Source: Prorocentrum cordatum (lineage: Eukaryota). Taken from it: 64,000 nt of DNA. How positions within the stretch are numbered: position 1 is the first letter of the stretch; every line of letters begins with the position of its first letter. Below the pieces are notes generated by a model. That model saw only the letters and a program-made list of their open reading frames with translations. It was not told the DNA's origin and made no database searches. This document shows positions 62,685 to 64,000 of the stretch, in pieces. The DNA is taken from NCBI GenBank assembly GCA_963575745.1, contig CAUYUJ010000214.1, positions 186,001 through 250,000 on the forward strand, written 5' to 3'. The position numbers were made by a program, and so were the translations under genes.

Positions 62685-63059
62685 GAGCGGATTGCTGAAA
62701 GCTGGCTCTGGCCCGCTGCGCCACTTCCAAGTGCGCGGACCAAAAGGTTTGCTAGAATCAGCTCGAAACCTGGAAATGGCAAGGAGGAAGAGGAGGATGA
62801 GGAGGAGGAGAAGGAGGAGGAGGGGGAGGATGAGTAGAAGAAGGAGGAGGAGGAGGGGGCGGAGGAGGCGGAGGAGGCGGAGGAGGAGGAGGAGGGAGGA
62901 TGAGGAGGACTGGGGAGGGATGAGAGGAGGAAGGAGGAAGGGGGGAGGAGGGAGGAGGGAGGAGGAGAAGGGAGGAGGGAGGAGGGAGGAGGGAGGAAGG
63001 GAGGGAACGAGGGAGGGAGGGGGGGAGGGAGGAGGAGGAGGAGGAGAAGGATGTGGAGG

Positions 63060-63403
63060 AGGAGGATGACCAGGATGAGGATGAGGATGAGGATGTGGAT
63101 GAGGACGAGGATGAGGATACGGATGGGGATGAGGATGAGGATAATGTTGATGCTGATGATGAATATGCTGCTGATGGTGATGATGCTGTTGATGATGCTG
63201 ACGATGATGCTGCTGATGATGATGCTGCTGATGATGATGATGATGATGATGCTGACGATGCTGATGATGATGCTGCTGATGATGATGCTGATGTTGATGA
63301 TGCTGCTGATGAGGATGACGATGACGATTCTGATGACGATGCTGATGCTGCTGCTGCTGCTGATGATGATGCTGCTGATGATTATGATGAGGATGCTGAT
63401 GAC

Positions 63404-63437
<34 letters not shown>

Positions 63438-64000
63438 CTGATGATGATGCTGCTGCTCACATCATAATGGTGCAGATGCTGATGCTGATGATTACTATGA
63501 AGCTGATGCTGATGATGATGCTGATGCTGATGATGACAACGATGATAACGACGATTATAACGATGATACTGCTGATGATGCTGATGATGATGCTGATACT
63601 GCTGATGATGGTGATGTTGCTGATGCTGCTGATGATGATGTTCATGATGCTGATGATGATGCTAATGATGACGATGATGATGCTGCTGATGATGATGCTG
63701 CTGCTGATTTTGATGATGATGCTGATGCTGATGATGCTGCTGACGATGATGATGATGCTGATGATGATGCTGACGATGCTGATGATGATGCTGCTGCTGA
63801 TGATGATGCTGCTACTCATAATGCTGCTGATGATGATGACGATGCCGATTATGATGACGATGCTGATGCTGCTGCTGATGATGCGGATGACGATGATGAA
63901 GATGCTGAAGCTGATGATGCTGATGATGCTGCTGCTGTTCATGATGATGGTGCTGAAGCTGATGCTGATGATTATTATAAAGGTGATGATGGCGCTGATG
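63060..64000 (+). repeat. Degenerate (GAT)n tract
   Basis: Directly visible. Confidence 0.9.

Overview
A GC-rich, repeat-saturated eukaryotic window. A 20/22 match to the dinoflagellate spliced leader (DCCGTAGCCATTTTGGCTCAAG) at 43733-43754 and GC-type splice donors point to a dinoflagellate nuclear genome. Most ORFs in the supplied track are artefacts of (GAG)n, (TCC)n and degenerate (GAT)n tracts. Supported content: (1) a minus-strand non-LTR retrotransposon with an uninterrupted ~1,600-aa ORF2 (APE endonuclease, RT, CCHC finger, RNase H). Its 3' end abuts a (TCC)n tract. ORF1-like pieces, including a RanBP2-type finger, are separated by a 202-bp tandem array and other inserts. (2) A second, decayed plus-strand LINE (ORF1 plus APE) that begins with the spliced-leader relic. 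(3) Six phase-compatible small exons, the last encoding the N-lobe of a PI3/PI4-kinase-like domain. (4) About eight MITE families, including 8-bp NNNTANNN-TSD hAT-like and TA-TSD Tc1/mariner-like types, plus a five-copy (GAG)n-flanked element with 83-bp internal repeats. (5) Tandem arrays with ~790, 202, ~107, 77 and 11-12-bp units. I found no rRNA, tRNA or CRISPR array. All homology calls come from motif recognition by eye; no searches were run.
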